The notes under the pieces were generated by a model. The model made no database searches. It was not told the origin of the DNA and was given only the letters and a program-made list of their open reading frames with translations. The position numbers and the translations under genes were made by a program. A DNA stretch of 64,000 nt from positions 2,171,724 to 2,235,723 of the forward strand of contig OZ287696.1 of NCBI GenBank assembly GCA_965649825.1, in the 5' to 3' direction. Numbering within the stretch: the stretch's first letter is position 1; each line of letters starts with the position of its first letter. This DNA comes from Penicillus capitatus (taxonomy: Eukaryota; Plantae; Chlorophyta). This document shows positions 13,932 to 26,974 of this stretch, piece by piece.

Positions 13932-14510
13932 GCTGCGCAAGAGAAAACAGAAAACGATTCGGGATCTGTATCCAGCATCGGGTCAAAGAAGCAGATTACT
14001 TTGAGCGGCCTCCTCCCTAAGGACAGCGAACTGCGGAGTCGAGACACTCCTGCTTTTTTTGAGGTCCGCAAACGGCTACGTTAGTCACGAGGGTGAGGCG
14101 ACAATCGGCAGAATCTATTCACAGTGGGCCGGCCTCGTCCAAGAAATCCTCCATGCTGCCCGTAAGATACGACACCAATGCAAAGACGGAGTGCCGAACA
14201 CCGAACCGCGCGGTACTGTGCGAGCCAAGCGCCGTCGAATCTCAACAAGGTGATGCCAAGAGAGCATCTCGGACGTCGATTAGACAAGCGCGATTCTATG
14301 TCGGACACAGGAACACACATCTGTACGCGTGTTTGACGGTGGTTCTTTGCCGAGTGTCGGCAGGACGTATCCAACAGCATTGATCGAGTTGTCTGCGCTT
14401 GGCGTAGAGCATTGGACAGCAACTTCGAAAGAGAACACGGTGTACGAACACAAGACGGATTTTATGTTTCACAACGACTCAGGATGTTCCTCTCGACAAA
14501 CATGTCAATA

Positions 14511-16728
14511 TCAATTTTCTATCTTCAACAGAGTGTCTGTTTCACGATCCATGTCCAGAGAGACGGGTGCACGTGGTGCTGATTCTGGTAAGCAGATCTC
14601 GACACAGTTCTTGACAACCCCTCGATCAAAGGGATTCTTGAATCGACCATCTGTTCCATGAAGGTACCTATTGCGTTCTACTGTCTTTGGATTGGTATGA
14701 CAACAGGGAACACATACTTGTATCGATACCAGTTCGCCATTTCATTTGTCGTCAGATTCCTGAACGCTTGCGAGGCTTGTGTAAAAGCCAGAGCTGCAAC
14801 ACTTATACCGAGAAAGATGTCCATGATTAAGAAGACTAGAGAAACAGAACTTGTTAGCTAGCATCTGTGGACGGGGTGAGGATGGGATAGACCGATGATC
14901 CACATGGTGGGCGATGGTGCGTGCGCATGCTTCTGTTTCAGGCAGTGATTCAATCGGATCGCCGCCACAGATCCAGATATTGTCATGGCAATCAGTTCCA
15001 GCCACAAGAAAATCATAAAGTAATGTCGATTCCCTTTCCCGATGGCGTTGCCAACCCACGGGCAATAGTGATCAAACACCTTGAAGAAAAGTATCCACAA
15101 ATGCACACGACTGTCAAACGGTGGAGTGGCTGGCAGACCTCAATGCATCTATTGGTGACGGCACAGTGTTTTGCTCTCAAGGGTCGGACAATCTTGCACG
15201 TGACACACAGCTGATGCCAGTTACCCGACCACAGAACGGGTGAATCCAGATTCCTAAATGGTTAGTCCTCTGTCCACTGCCTGATTTTCAGAGAACAGGT
15301 TTAGAAGACGCACTGGTAGTTTCTCCGACCATCTTCATCGATTCGCATTCCATTGACGCGCCTTGAATCTGTCGCACAGCCAACAGGAATTGTCCCGGGA
15401 TCAGAGGATGTCGTCTTGTACAAGTAAACGAGTCCAATGCATGAGATTAAAACAGCAAACCATGACCAGAAACCCATCATACCCGTGAGCCGCCGGGTGG
15501 TGGAATCGTTCAAAGCCACCTGAGTAGTAGAGAAAACCTTTGCCGACGCTAGAGGAATCAACACCGAAAACCTTGTAAACAAATACAGATATCAATGTAA
15601 TGATGATCATCCAAATAAGAGGAGCCAATTGGAGCTCGGCGATCTTTGCCAGAGTGGGATGAGACCAGCAGGACCGCGAGTCGTCTGACCGATTTCTGGC
15701 TGCCTGAAGCAAATGCATGCCGAGATTTCGATGTCCCTTATCGAGGGCCAACTGAGCTGGTGAACAGCCCGTCTCTTCCTTCATCTCCAGTGCCGCCGTC
15801 CCTCCTCCCTGTACAGCAATTCTCACTCTTTTTATGGATACACGACCAATCCATCACACCTGAAGCAGGACGGTCATAGCATCGGCATTCCCTCGAATTG
15901 CAGCCCAATGCAGTGGTGTGCACCCTGAGAGGTACGAAACGGGATGGAGATGGAATGGCTCTTCAGTTCTGGACCACGCACCTTCCTTATCCGTTGCGCA
16001 GACATTTGCATTCAACACCAGAAGCAGCCGGACGGAGTCTGAGAATCCTTTGTAGGCAGCCCAGTGAAGCGGCGTCCGTCCATCGTTGTCCATCTCACAG
16101 ACATCGATGTTCCACTTCAAAGCCAGATGATAGATGACAGCGGTTTGACCGTACTGAGCGGCGACATGACAGACCTACAGAAATGCCATCACCAGAGTCT
16201 GCCATGGTCACAGAATGGCATCTGTATGTCTCGTACACTATATCCTCGTTTATCTCGATTCTCTGTCTTGGCTCCAGCGCGCAGCAATGTCTCTGCAGCA
16301 GGGAGTGCTCCTCTCACGGCAGCCCAATGTAGTGGACACTGTCCAGTTGCATCTCGCACATTGGGATCCGCATTGTTCTGAAGTGAATTGACACAGAGAA
16401 CATCACTGTTCAGTCAATAGCTTTCCTATCACACCTTCTCTACCTGCAAGAGATAAGAGACCGCTGAGACTTGGTTGTTCAGAGCTGCCCATTGCAATGG
16501 ATAATAACCCTTTAGAGAAAAACAGCTCGAAATTGCACTGTCCTTTCGTCTGGTGCCAACCTGTTCATCAGGAGCGTTCCCTGACTGCGGGTCAGCGTCG
16601 ATAAATTCCTTGAGCTTGTCCAAATCCCCATGCGCACAAGCTTTCCACACAGAATCAATTGCCTCGGTCGTTTGCGTCGGTTTCGGTTCAATGTCGTTCG
16701 CAGGATTCTCTCCATCCTTTATCGTCAT
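14511..16728 (-). CDS. Ankyrin-repeat S-palmitoyltransferase (TIP1/PAT24/Akr1-like), DHYC variant
   Basis: N-terminal ankyrin repeats ([29 protein letters not shown]); Cys-rich PLRAKHC...[16 protein letters not shown]; TM helices; C-terminal NPFDRG motif; many short introns. Confidence 0.92.
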
Positions 16729-16921
16729 TCTTTGGTTGACTCTTATCACCGATGCCCGCAGAATGGACCGTTATCAATAATGGAATTAAATGAACAACGG
16801 ACTGTCAAAACGAGGTCGGTGTTTAAAGGTTGTTTAGCATCGGATCTGATGTTCATTCGCCACAAAACAACAAACAGGTCAGGAAGAACAACAGAATGGA
16901 AGCATAGTAGATGAATGGCAT

Positions 16922-19900
16922 CTAGACAAATTCATCTCCGTATCCAATGAGTCTCTTCACGCCCTTGATCACAAGTGGCACTGCCATCAGCCATCCCGTC
17001 TGTGGCTTATCGTGTGTGATCATTCTGAGTGACGCTGTACCCGAACCACCTGCTGAAAGCTGCAGGCGGCCAGTGAGCATTGTTTCAGGACTAATGGCTT
17101 GCTCTCCGGAAACTTGGGCCGAGAATCCAGTCCGCTTGTACGCTCCCCTTCTCTGGTGGCTCACGTGTCCACTGAATAAGAAGTTCGGATCATATTCTCC
17201 CTTTCCTCCTGCCAGTTTCAGTTCGAGGTTTGCTCCATAGGCGGCATCTCTTGCTTGACTCGACGATGGCTTGACAGTCATGGCACCGACAGCACCGGAC
17301 AATTTCACTCCGTCCCGAATTTTGTACTTGTTCTCCAATTTCCCACCCAATCCGAGTTGCCCCTTGTGAGGCTTTCCGCTTTCAGAAAGCATACATGCCA
17401 TACCGCCCACCGTCAACTTATCCTTTTCTGTAAGCTTTCCTCGAATATCAAATGTCGGTGTATAAACAACTTCTCCATCCTGACCAGCAGGATGGATCAC
17501 AACACCACCTGTTGTCACCACGTTCCTCGTCGGATAATAGGACATTCCCGTGTCCACTTGCACATTTCCAAAGCTCTTCCCTTTTCCAGCCTGATACACA
17601 GAGCAGTCCACAAATGCGCACCGTCGGGATCACAGGCACCAACCTGAACGACCATCGATGCTGGAAAACCGTCAACACATTTACCAGGAAGGCGAAGGAC
17701 GCCATCACGGGCTACTTGAAACATCTCAACGCCATCGTCATGCTCAAACACATTGTCTTGTTGAGACATGATTGGACGAATCGACCATCCATAGATGAAG
17801 TCTGTTGCGCTGTATCTGTGCTGGTTCACCTCGTGATCGAAGGATGGATGGAGTTCCATGTTTGCACCCACAATTGGCACCTGTCTCTCACCACACAGCA
17901 TAAGTCACCCAGTCATCTCCTTAATGGTGTATGGACCTGTGTTGGGTGGGCCTCTTCTTGTAATATCTCAACCTTTCTCAGTCTTGTATAGTCTCTTCTC
18001 TTGTTCTCTTCTTCGATACGTTCGCCATCGGACTTCAACTTGTTGATCTCTCTTCTTGTCAACAGTTCTCTCTCTTCATCTGGGAACTTTTTAGGTGGCT
18101 TTGGAGTCAGAAGCTGAGACACCAATGCTGACAGTTGCAACTGTTTCCTCGGTTGCATCATGAACATCATCTGCTCCATCGTGCGTTGACGCAGTTGCCT
18201 CGTCTTGCACACCTTCTCCATCTGACCACTCATGTGACTTGCAATCAATTGAAAAATAGCCTAGAACAAAGATGGGCGTTAGTTAGGGTGCACAGATGGC
18301 ATATGTGTTCTGCAGTCCGTCACGTACGTGTTTCTTGAAGGCAAGTCCGCTTGGAAGGACAGGGACGCCGTCACTGTTGACGGCACAGTTTGGATGGTTC
18401 TCGAATCCCAAGGGACGACCAGCCCATCTCATATCAGATATCGCATGACTAAGAATCTGTGTGCAGAGATCCAATCTCAAACGCTGATACTCTGAATAGG
18501 CCATATCAATTCCATGCCCCGCATCTGGTGGCGGGGCGCTCGCATGTGTCAAGAGCGCAATGCAATTGTAAAGCAATTCGGGCAACATGTCATTCACCAA
18601 GCGTAAGAGTGGGATGTCACTGAGCTCTCTTCTGAAGAGATCCATGCGATCCACGTAGATCACAGTGTCCGGTTTGTATTTTGTAATGGCCCCGCGGATA
18701 GCTTTCAGCGTTTTCATATTGTGTCTCAGCGATGCAGCGGCAACTGAAAGTCCAGGCGTGTCAATCAATTTCAGCGTCACGCCACAAATCTTTCCTGAGT
18801 GGATGGATATCTTTGTTGTCTCCCCATCTGCAAATTCAGGCGCCAGAGAGTATCCAGGATGCAAGAGATTGCGAATGACGGATGTCTTTCCAGAACCACA
18901 CGGTCCCAAGACAACGGCTGTGACAGTGATGTCGAGATTGGAATCGGTCCCGGATCGTTCATCCATTGCAACTGCCTGACTGAAAAGGGTATCCAACTGA
19001 GGGCGGATCATTCCTGGTCCGCGGAAGCGCAGCTGTTCTGTACGGTCAATCTTTGACATGAAATCGTTGATGGCAAAATCTAAGGGTCTCATTCCCAGAC
19101 GTGCAGCGATGCGTAGAACGGTCAAACGAATATCCAGCAGCTTTCGTCGAGACTCGACGACGTCGGGCGCCTCGACGGCGGCTGAGCTGCCTTCGCCTCC
19201 GTTGCTGACAGGAGGAGGTCTCGCAGCATCATCCGATGATGGCATAGGAGGAAGGGCAGGCATTGCCGTCGGACGTGGATGCTGTACCGGAGGCGGTTGA
19301 TTGCGCAACGGCGGCAATCCCCCAGACGGGCCGATTCCTGCAGGAGGCAAACTGCGTGGCTGAGACGAAGGTTGGGCTTGTGGCTCTGCTGCTGGTGGGG
19401 GTGTCGGTTTCGGTGGCGTCGGAGCCGACGAAGATGAGCCTCCTGTCTTGGATAGACGGGAGGATCCCATTCCAGCTCTTGGTGGCAGGGCTGGCAACTT
19501 AACTCCGCCCCTTTTCTGGGGAGTTATCTCACGTGAGCCAGAGCTCTGTGGCTGAGTTGGAGGAAGTGGCGGTGTCGTCGTCTGTTGTGCAGCCGTTGAC
19601 GTTTCAGCAGCTTTCTCAGTTGGCCTCAATGGCAATGGGACACCCACACCCACTAAGAACAACAGTCCAAGTGAACACGTGCTGTTGCGATGGGAGACAT
19701 CTGTCTTGGCACCTGGCACTTCAGGTTTCTTGTCGTCCTCATCTTCTTCGTCTTTTTCTTCCTCTTCGGGAAATGGATGGATCTCTTCTTCTTGCATCAT
19801 CGTTTTTGCCGTTTCTTTCATGGAACTCGATTCGCCTTCGACTTCGGCCGTCCTGCCAATAGCTGCGAAATCTGACGGATCCAGTTCTCTGGGCTTCACA

Positions 19901-20830
19901 GCAGACTTGCCAGACAAAATCACATCCTCCTCCTTATCTGGACTCCCGTGAAGAACATCTGAGAGCACACGTCACATTCATCAATCGTCCATCTGCCAAC
20001 GGAGCTCACTTGCGAACATCTCTGGTGATGACGATATGACCTGACCGGTCTTGTCAAAGCTCAGGGTCGGGCTTGGAGGCTGGCCTGTGAGGTGTCCAAC
20101 ATGAAACGCGCTCTTATGAATGTCGCTATCCTTACGTTGTTCGGGAATCTGGTCATCGACTTCATCGGGCGATAGAATATCAGAACCACGACCTTCCGGT
20201 GCCGTGATTCCCGTCAATGCTTCATTGACATCTCCCATATCAGAATCTCCCTCCTCACGCAAAGAAGAAGGACCGACCGATGGCTCCAGCAAATTCTCTT
20301 CGCCTAATGAGACACATGACACATCTTACTCAAAAACAATACCCATGCGACAACTGCTTCGTTTAGACTGCTCGTCGTCGCCATCGTCCAGCGATCCACG
20401 AAACGGCCTCGTTTCAGGTGGAGCTGGGACGACATTGGATTGAACGTCCATGATCTGTTGTTGAGGCACCGTGGTTGTGTATGCACTTCCCTCGCCTGAT
20501 AGCCGTGCATGGATCACTCTCGTCAGCAGTGCTGCTGCTAAGAGAGCGTTAAGTCACCTGTGTCAGGCCCTTCCCATTCTGTTTCCGTCGTTGTGTTCTT
20601 GTCATACTCGCCAGCCGCATCATCATCGTGAACACCGTCCTCGTCGTCTCTGGTTTCCGCTGGAGACATTTCTCCTCCGCTTTGAAGGTCGCTCGTCATC
20701 AGTTCGTCAGACTCGCCACTGGACAACAGGCATCGTCAATGTGTTCCTACGGGGACATCGCTTTGACATGCATTTACCTGGATTCCTTGGCGGCGAGGCC
20801 CAAGTTCTCGTCGCCTGTAACCACACCATT
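16922..20830 (-). CDS. TOC159: Chloroplast import receptor GTPase of the TOC159/TOC90 family
   Basis: Acidic and Pro-rich N-terminal A-domain; AIG1-type G domain (VVLGPCGSGKT, IDTPGL, VIYVDRMD); Gly-rich beta-strand M-domain C-terminus. 5' end approximate. Confidence 0.87.
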
Positions 20831-21341
20831 TTGTCAACTCCGCGCCCGACGGACTAGGTTTTTCGCTTCTTACTCAGAAAGTCAAGGTTAATAAAAGACC
20901 CGTTGCTAAAGAAACGCGGAAAACAGCCAAACGCGTCCTCACAATTCGACTCGTCCATGTCGCCGCGCGCGTGTCGACAAAGAGACAGAGAGAAAGAAGT
21001 CGTTGGTTCGTACGCGCGACGTGCAAACAGAAGCAGCTATAGTGAAAGAAGACAAGAGCTTATGGACTGAAGTTGGACGAGATCTTATAGCGATTGTGGT
21101 ATTGCGTTGCTTACTGTGGTCGTTCATTTCCAATTCTCGAAAGCAGCCGCAGTTTATGAAACGTGACTGGCGAGACACAAATGCTGTCTAACCCGAACCA
21201 TTTACGTTGATTTCTTTTCGCATGTCATGATAACACAGAGTGTCTTTTCGCAGTAACTCGACTGACTAGATATGGTTCATGGAATGTTTGAAGGTTGCAC
21301 AATGTCACAACAACTGGCGAACAGAGAGATACCACACAGTC

Positions 21342-21650
21342 TCATGTTGCCAGTTTCACGATAATGACAATCCAGAGGATACTCCAAAAAATGGCGCCAA
21401 TCGCACATGCTTTTGCCGCTGCTCTTTCATTTGCTTTTTTTGATCCCAATCCAATCATCCCAATGTAACAAGGGATTGGTGTAAAAAAGATGCCGAGCAA
21501 GAGCAGAACCCAGTACATGTTGAAAAAGGGGTCTCCAGGAGCACTGAAAATGTCGGTTGTCATGGTTAAGTTATGCTTCATGCCAGAAAGCGAGTTCGTT
21601 CTGTTCAACCCGAGTTCCCCTTCTTCTCCTGCAGCAGAGTCGTAGGCTGT
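21342..21650 (-). CDS. Small membrane protein, tandem paralogue 1
   Basis: C-terminal NMYWVLLLLGIFF...NERAAAKACAIG hydrophobic hairpin shared with paralogues 2 and 3; start uncertain. Confidence 0.65.
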   Translation of the reverse strand, partial: TAYDSAAGEEGELGLNRTNSLSGMKHNLTMTTDIFSAPGDPFFNMYWVLLLLGIFFTPIPCYIGMIGLGSKKANERAAAKACAIGAIFWSILWIVIIVKLAT

Positions 21651-22381
21651 ACCCTACACAGAAGAGAGAAACAACGCATAGCCATACGGCGTCTGTTTAT
21701 GGCATTTGAACGTAGCGCCTAACGACGGAGTCGACGGGAACTGGCGAATATATCACCAGGGAAACGAAGACGTTTCTTTACCTTCATTGGTTCGCTCATT
21801 GGTACTACGACCTGTGGGAAAGCGTGAATTTTCCAGAAAGGCTGCCACGAACTTGGTCTTGTGAATCGAGCGGACGACACAAAAGGCGAATGTTAGCGAC
21901 GTTGATTTGACGCTGAGCGTACTTATCTTCTGTCTGACTACATGCTGATGTAAAATGATGCGATTACATCGAAACAAAGACGAAGCTGTCCTTGTCAACA
22001 ATACCTGTTCCTGATAGTTCAGATGGACCCGATGGCGGTGAGGAAGTATGGTCTACGGTTGGGGTCAGCCCCAAGCGAAGTGTGTATGAACAACAAAGCA
22101 CATTGTAAAATTTCGATGCCTCGAATCATCATAAATGACAGTTTTCCGATTGGTTTGACTTGGGTCATAAATATAGTCCATCACAGAACAGTACATGAAG
22201 GTGTCTGGCATAAGATAGAGAATGTGCGGTCACAGAAGTGGTGTCGTGTAGGCTGATGTCCGTTTCATGTCAGATGATGTCCATGGAAGGCCACGGACGA
22301 CTGTTAACCCGTCAAAAGGGTCTTCGAAAGACATTGATAGAGCAGAAAGGGAGAATTATTTCGGTTCTCTTGTCCTCTGTC

Positions 22382-22996
22382 TTAACCAACCACGATCAAA
22401 ATCACTAGTATAAGAGTGATGGCACATAACGCAATTAAATTTGCCTTGCCGGCCATCCTCTCATTGGGCAAAGCAGAGTTTATGCCCAATGCCCCACAGC
22501 ACAATAGAGGACAGAACAAAAAGATTCCAAGGAAGAACAATACCCAGTAAACGTTACACCCCGGGTCATTTGCCACCAAAACAGCCGGATAGTACTGTGC
22601 GGGAGGCGGAGTCGTCGCCGGATAGTACTGTGCGGGAGGCGGAGTCGTCGCCGGATAGTACTGTGCGGGAGGCGGAGTCGTCGCATAAGCTTGCTCGGGC
22701 GGCTGAGCAACCGGATAACCTTGCTCGACCTTTGGGGCATTCGAATGACCTTGTTCGGCGGTATTCCTAACCTCCACGACTCTTCTCTGTTCGGTGGTGG
22801 TCGTTTCGACGATAGTCACTCCAGGAACCGTCTCCGTCAGGGGGAGAGTTTTCATCTCCGTCTCCTGTAACGCACACGTTCCGCGAGAGTACTCGAGAAC
22901 ACCGCCGTTCTTCAGCGATGTAACTGCTAACGTTGAAAGCTTTTGACATTGTTCGGCCGGAGTGGACGGGGTCGGTCTTCTTCTGTAGCTGAACAA
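22382..22996 (-). CDS. Pro/Gln/Tyr-rich small membrane protein, tandem paralogue 2
   Basis: NVYWVLFFLGIFLFCPLLCCGALGINSALPNERMAGKANLIALC; PQY-rich N-terminus. Confidence 0.7.
   Translation of the reverse strand: MFSYRRRPTPSTPAEQCQKLSTLAVTSLKNGGVLEYSRGTCALQETEMKTLPLTETVPGVTIVETTTTEQRRVVEVRNTAEQGHSNAPKVEQGYPVAQPPEQAYATTPPPAQYYPATTPPPAQYYPATTPPPAQYYPAVLVANDPGCNVYWVLFFLGIFLFCPLLCCGALGINSALPNERMAGKANLIALCAITLILVILIVVG
22583..22683 (-). repeat. 33-bp coding minisatellite x3 (ATTPPPAQYYP)
   Basis: gccggatagtactgtgcgggaggcggagtcgtc repeated three times exactly. Confidence 0.95.
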
Positions 22997-23350
22997 TCCT
23001 TGCTTACCGTCTGTTTCTCAACGCTTTTGAGAACGTCAATTCGAATGAGACACTCTAGGTCCCATCGCTCACATTGCACTACTCGCAAACACGTGTTACT
23101 GAGCGGATGATTTAATCATAACGGTTTACGTCAATCAGCTTACACTTTCTGATCCATTTGCTGTACTTTACCCTGTAGTGGCCAAACACAGGAAAGCAAT
23201 GCACTTGATTTTGCAAGGAAACTGAAACGGCTCACATTCATCGACCATCAGATTGATGGATGTGCGATACCATGTCAAACAACGAACGGCGCGTTTACAA
23301 AGCACCCCAAAGAAAATTGTAAGATGCAGGAAGGAGGAGTCCACACAAGA

Positions 23351-23914
23351 TCAGTATGTTGAGTCATACTTCTCGTCTTCGTCCTCGTGGATGGCAGAGA
23401 CAATGCCAGCGATAAGCACAAGGGGAGTCAAGATGCACAACGCAATCAGATTGGCCTTTCCGGCAATCCTCTCGTTGTGCACAGGCGAGTTGATGCCAAA
23501 AGTTCCACAGATCAGAAGAGGACAGAATAGGAAAAGTCCGAAAAAGAACAAGACCCAGTATATATTGCAGAAGGCATCATCATTCTGGGGGTAGCAATAG
23601 GGTGTGATGGGCGGCTGACCATACATAGGCGGCTGCTGACCATACATAGGCGGCTGCTGGGCATACATCGGAGGCTGGCTGTACATCATTTGGCCGGCGC
23701 CAGCGGGCTGCTGTCCGTACGTTGTCTGGTTAGGGGCACTGGGAGCATGATATCCAGCAACTTGAATGGGTCTATCGGTATTTTCCCTGTCGGTCGTCTG
23801 CCGCGCCGGAGGTGTTTCCTTGTCCGGTATCTGCAACACACATTCAGTCAGAAAAACATGTGACGCCGTATGTCATAACGGCTGGCAGTTTCATACCTTG
23901 CTGTACGAATACAT
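23351..23914 (-). CDS. Pro/Gln/Tyr-rich small membrane protein, tandem paralogue 3 (2 exons)
   Basis: MYSYSK, then gtatga...ttgcag intron, then IPDKE...; QPPMYGQ repeats; NIYWVLFFFGLFLFCPLLICG...NERIAGKANLIALC. Confidence 0.75.
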
Positions 23915-24274
23915 GATCTCGCTGAAAACAACGAACGTTTCGCTTTAGTCGGTCAACGGCGTTTTGTTTGTTCGTTGTAAAATGAGAATAGTCGACGTCG
24001 CATCATGTGCAGAAAATGGCATGCAGCTGCCGCGCAATGATGATCATATACAAGACAGGGTGGCGAAAACGCGTCGCAACGCATCGGAACGTCTCTTTGG
24101 TAATTGCTTGTCCTATTCCAAGCGCATTCCGCATGAGACCCGACTCTCTGATCACCGTAAAGACGCTTGAGATTACATCTAAGCACTCCTGCCCATTGCT
24201 CATGAAGTGTTGGCGTGCTGTGTTTTCGCTTGCCTCGTTGTCGTGTATCTGGCGTCAGCCATCGTTTGCATGGT

Positions 24275-24940
24275 TCACAGGCAGCAGTCATTGACATCCA
24301 GACGGAAGACATCGGCATGAATGGCCGACACATCCCACCAAATGTGATCGGAAATCTCGGAAAGACCATCACAAAGGCTGTTCACTGGTAGAACGTAGGA
24401 TGAGCCAGTGAAACGTGTGGGGGTACTGGCAATTGTTTGCCGTTTTTTGCCGTTGTAGAAGGCGGTTTCATTCGCCATGGTGAGAGATATCCTTTCCATA
24501 CACTGCGGCGAAAGGACGGCGAGCAAACGAAGCTGCGACGGTGTCGTGCGTTTTGATGCCGGAAAACAAGCACCCTGTCGTCGCCGACGACATTCACGAA
24601 CTGCCAGCAGTTGCCTGCGTCCAAGATCATGAGATTTCGCGCACAGTTGTAACAAACATGCCATTGGAAAGTGTCGTGCACGAGTCTCGCAACGGCACGA
24701 AGACACTTCATTTCCAAGACAAATCTGTTCGCGTTTTGAACATCTTTTGCCAAAAGATCATTATTCGCAGTACTGACATGAAGGTGATGTTTGGATGGGT
24801 GGATGGATGGCGGATAGAATTGTGGGCCCAGACAACTTCGCTTCGGACTTGTATTATTGACGATCGCCTTAGTGTGATCGTTGCCGGGCTCAAGGTCTAC
24901 ATCAGTCAGTGCACTTCTCCATCCCTCTTCTTTTGAATCT
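24275..24940 (-). CDS. Possible hypothetical protein (2+ exons)
   Basis: Overlapping ORFs 24382..25158 and 24275..24706 with an intron-like gtgctt...cgcag segment; no recognisable domain. Confidence 0.3.
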
Positions 24941-25529
24941 GGTGCGTGAGTGGCGTCCATCCAGCGTGATCGGCGCGCTTCTCTTTGTCTCGCACACTGA
25001 AATGCTCTTTTCAGTGAAAGACTGGGTAATTTCATTTCACGTTGTCTGTCTGTCTGTCTGGGTCCTGCACTTAAGAAGTCACAAATGGATTCAAGAAAAG
25101 GTACAACAAACACATGTTCACGCGAACAGGGCATGAGAGCCGAAAGAACACAGAACACGATTTCAGCTCAATGTGCACGCACGCGCATGCAAATCCAGTA
25201 AACACATTTTCCGGCTGCCAAACGACTTCCAACTTTGAGAGATGTTTCTGCGTGTTTCGATTTGTTTGATGCAAATCAAGTAAAGTCGAGACTGTCAAAC
25301 CAACATAGTATTCAACGGAACAGGTTCTCCTGTTTATTTTTGTCCCATTCAACAAACGTGACATGACCGTGGAGAGAAGAGGCATCATTGCCGCGACAAC
25401 ATATCACGCTGAGTGAAATGGGATGCAATAAACTCTAATGATTTCTTGTTTCGATGAGTTTGCGCATGCCACACCGTTTGGACCTTCCAACTGGTGATCA
25501 CTCGGGCAAACAGACGGTTTCGGAGATCG

Positions 25530-25997
25530 CTATTTATTTGCCAACTTTGCAGCCCCCCTTTCTTCAAGAGTACTTAGGGAGACACCTCCCCGTATAACAC
25601 TTCCCTGTAGGATATTCTCTTCGTCGTCGTCGTCCTCGTCCCAGCAACAAGGAAGGGCATACCAGGGTTCAAAGTAGAACAGCGCAGTGGAGACCAGGCT
25701 ACTGAGTAAGCCAACAGCAGAAACCAAAACTAACTGCATCGCCAGGTCTTTGAATTTCTTCTCTCTGCTTCGACACGGATCTTCTTCTGCAGAAGAAAAT
25801 GGACAGAAGCACTCGCCATCGCAGAGAAAAGTGGGTGCGTAGTCGTTTCCCGCACTTTTACGTTCGAAGCAGCACACGCCAGTATCCGAACACTGACAGT
25901 ACTTGTCGTAGCTTGCATCTGAAAAGTAAAGAATGGCGAGAACCGTTGTGCTGAGCAAGAAAACGACAAGCGATACGGAAACGCCTTTCTCGTTCAT
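25530..25997 (-). CDS. Small two-TM protein with Cys-rich loop and acidic tail
   Basis: MNEKG start; TM1 VSLVVFLLSTTVLAILYF; 7-Cys loop; TM2 LAMQLVLVSAVGLLSSLVSTALFYF; PCCW then DEDDDDEE. Confidence 0.55.
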   Translation of the reverse strand: MNEKGVSVSLVVFLLSTTVLAILYFSDASYDKYCQCSDTGVCCFERKSAGNDYAPTFLCDGECFCPFSSAEEDPCRSREKKFKDLAMQLVLVSAVGLLSSLVSTALFYFEPWYALPCCWDEDDDDEENILQGSVIRGGVSLSTLEERGAAKLANK

Positions 25998-26974
25998 GAT
26001 GTTCGCTTTCAGAAGACAATCCAGGAACAAGGAAAGAAATCGAAATCGCGTGTAAATGAACACCGGCGAAGCAGTTATGTAGCGGCGGATTAACCGACAA
26101 CTCAAATGAACATCGCCTCGGGAGAAATGAATAAAATTGAATGCAGATTTGTCGCAGGAAATCCATTGGGGTGGCGAGAGGATGCAGTTTGTTGTGAGAG
26201 GCGCATCACAATTCTGCTGCGCATTTTAGACAGCAAGGCAAAGAAAGGAGCCACGCAGACAAAAGTGAAATCTCACACGGTGAACCACCAGCAGCCATCC
26301 GCCATAACCGCTAAGATGGGAATTTCAGGAGGAACAATCTAACCAGAGCACCACAATATGTGAAGTCCAAGAGGGGAACACAGCATCAACTTCATTAGTG
26401 TGTCAGCATTGTTGGGCGCTTGTGGCTGTACCCTGTTATCTAACAGAAGCTGATATGAAGCTGCATACAATGCCGTTCCTTTTAACCATATTTCGAACGA
26501 ATTTCCAAGTATCACTCGGGGAGGCCAGCCATCTCACGAATCTCCACGAGGTGCAAAAGACAAAGAGAGTCGGGTTTTCATGTCCGAGACATTTCCGCAC
26601 GCGTTCGTCTGTTCTCGATGAACTGTTTGCTGTCTATGCATGCACAGCCGTGTGTCGTCCGTGTTCGTTGTACTCTCTCCTAGTCAGTCACTGACGAGAG
26701 ACGAAGCCGAACAGCAACCATGACAAAAGGCATCATCGTTTACGCGATCCACCGTCGCGGAGAAGGTGCGACAAGACGGCACGAAGGAAATGTGGACAGC
26801 GACTGACAACGCAGAATGGCTGTGTAACGCTGCGCATTGGCACAAGGACGTTGTTTGACAGGAACCAGATTATCTGCACCCCTGCTTCGAAGAAGAATAC
26901 AGGGACCGCAGTTCGTTTTGAGTCAAACCGGAGCACGACGTAGCTCGTTGACCTCCACACTGCCTACAGACACG

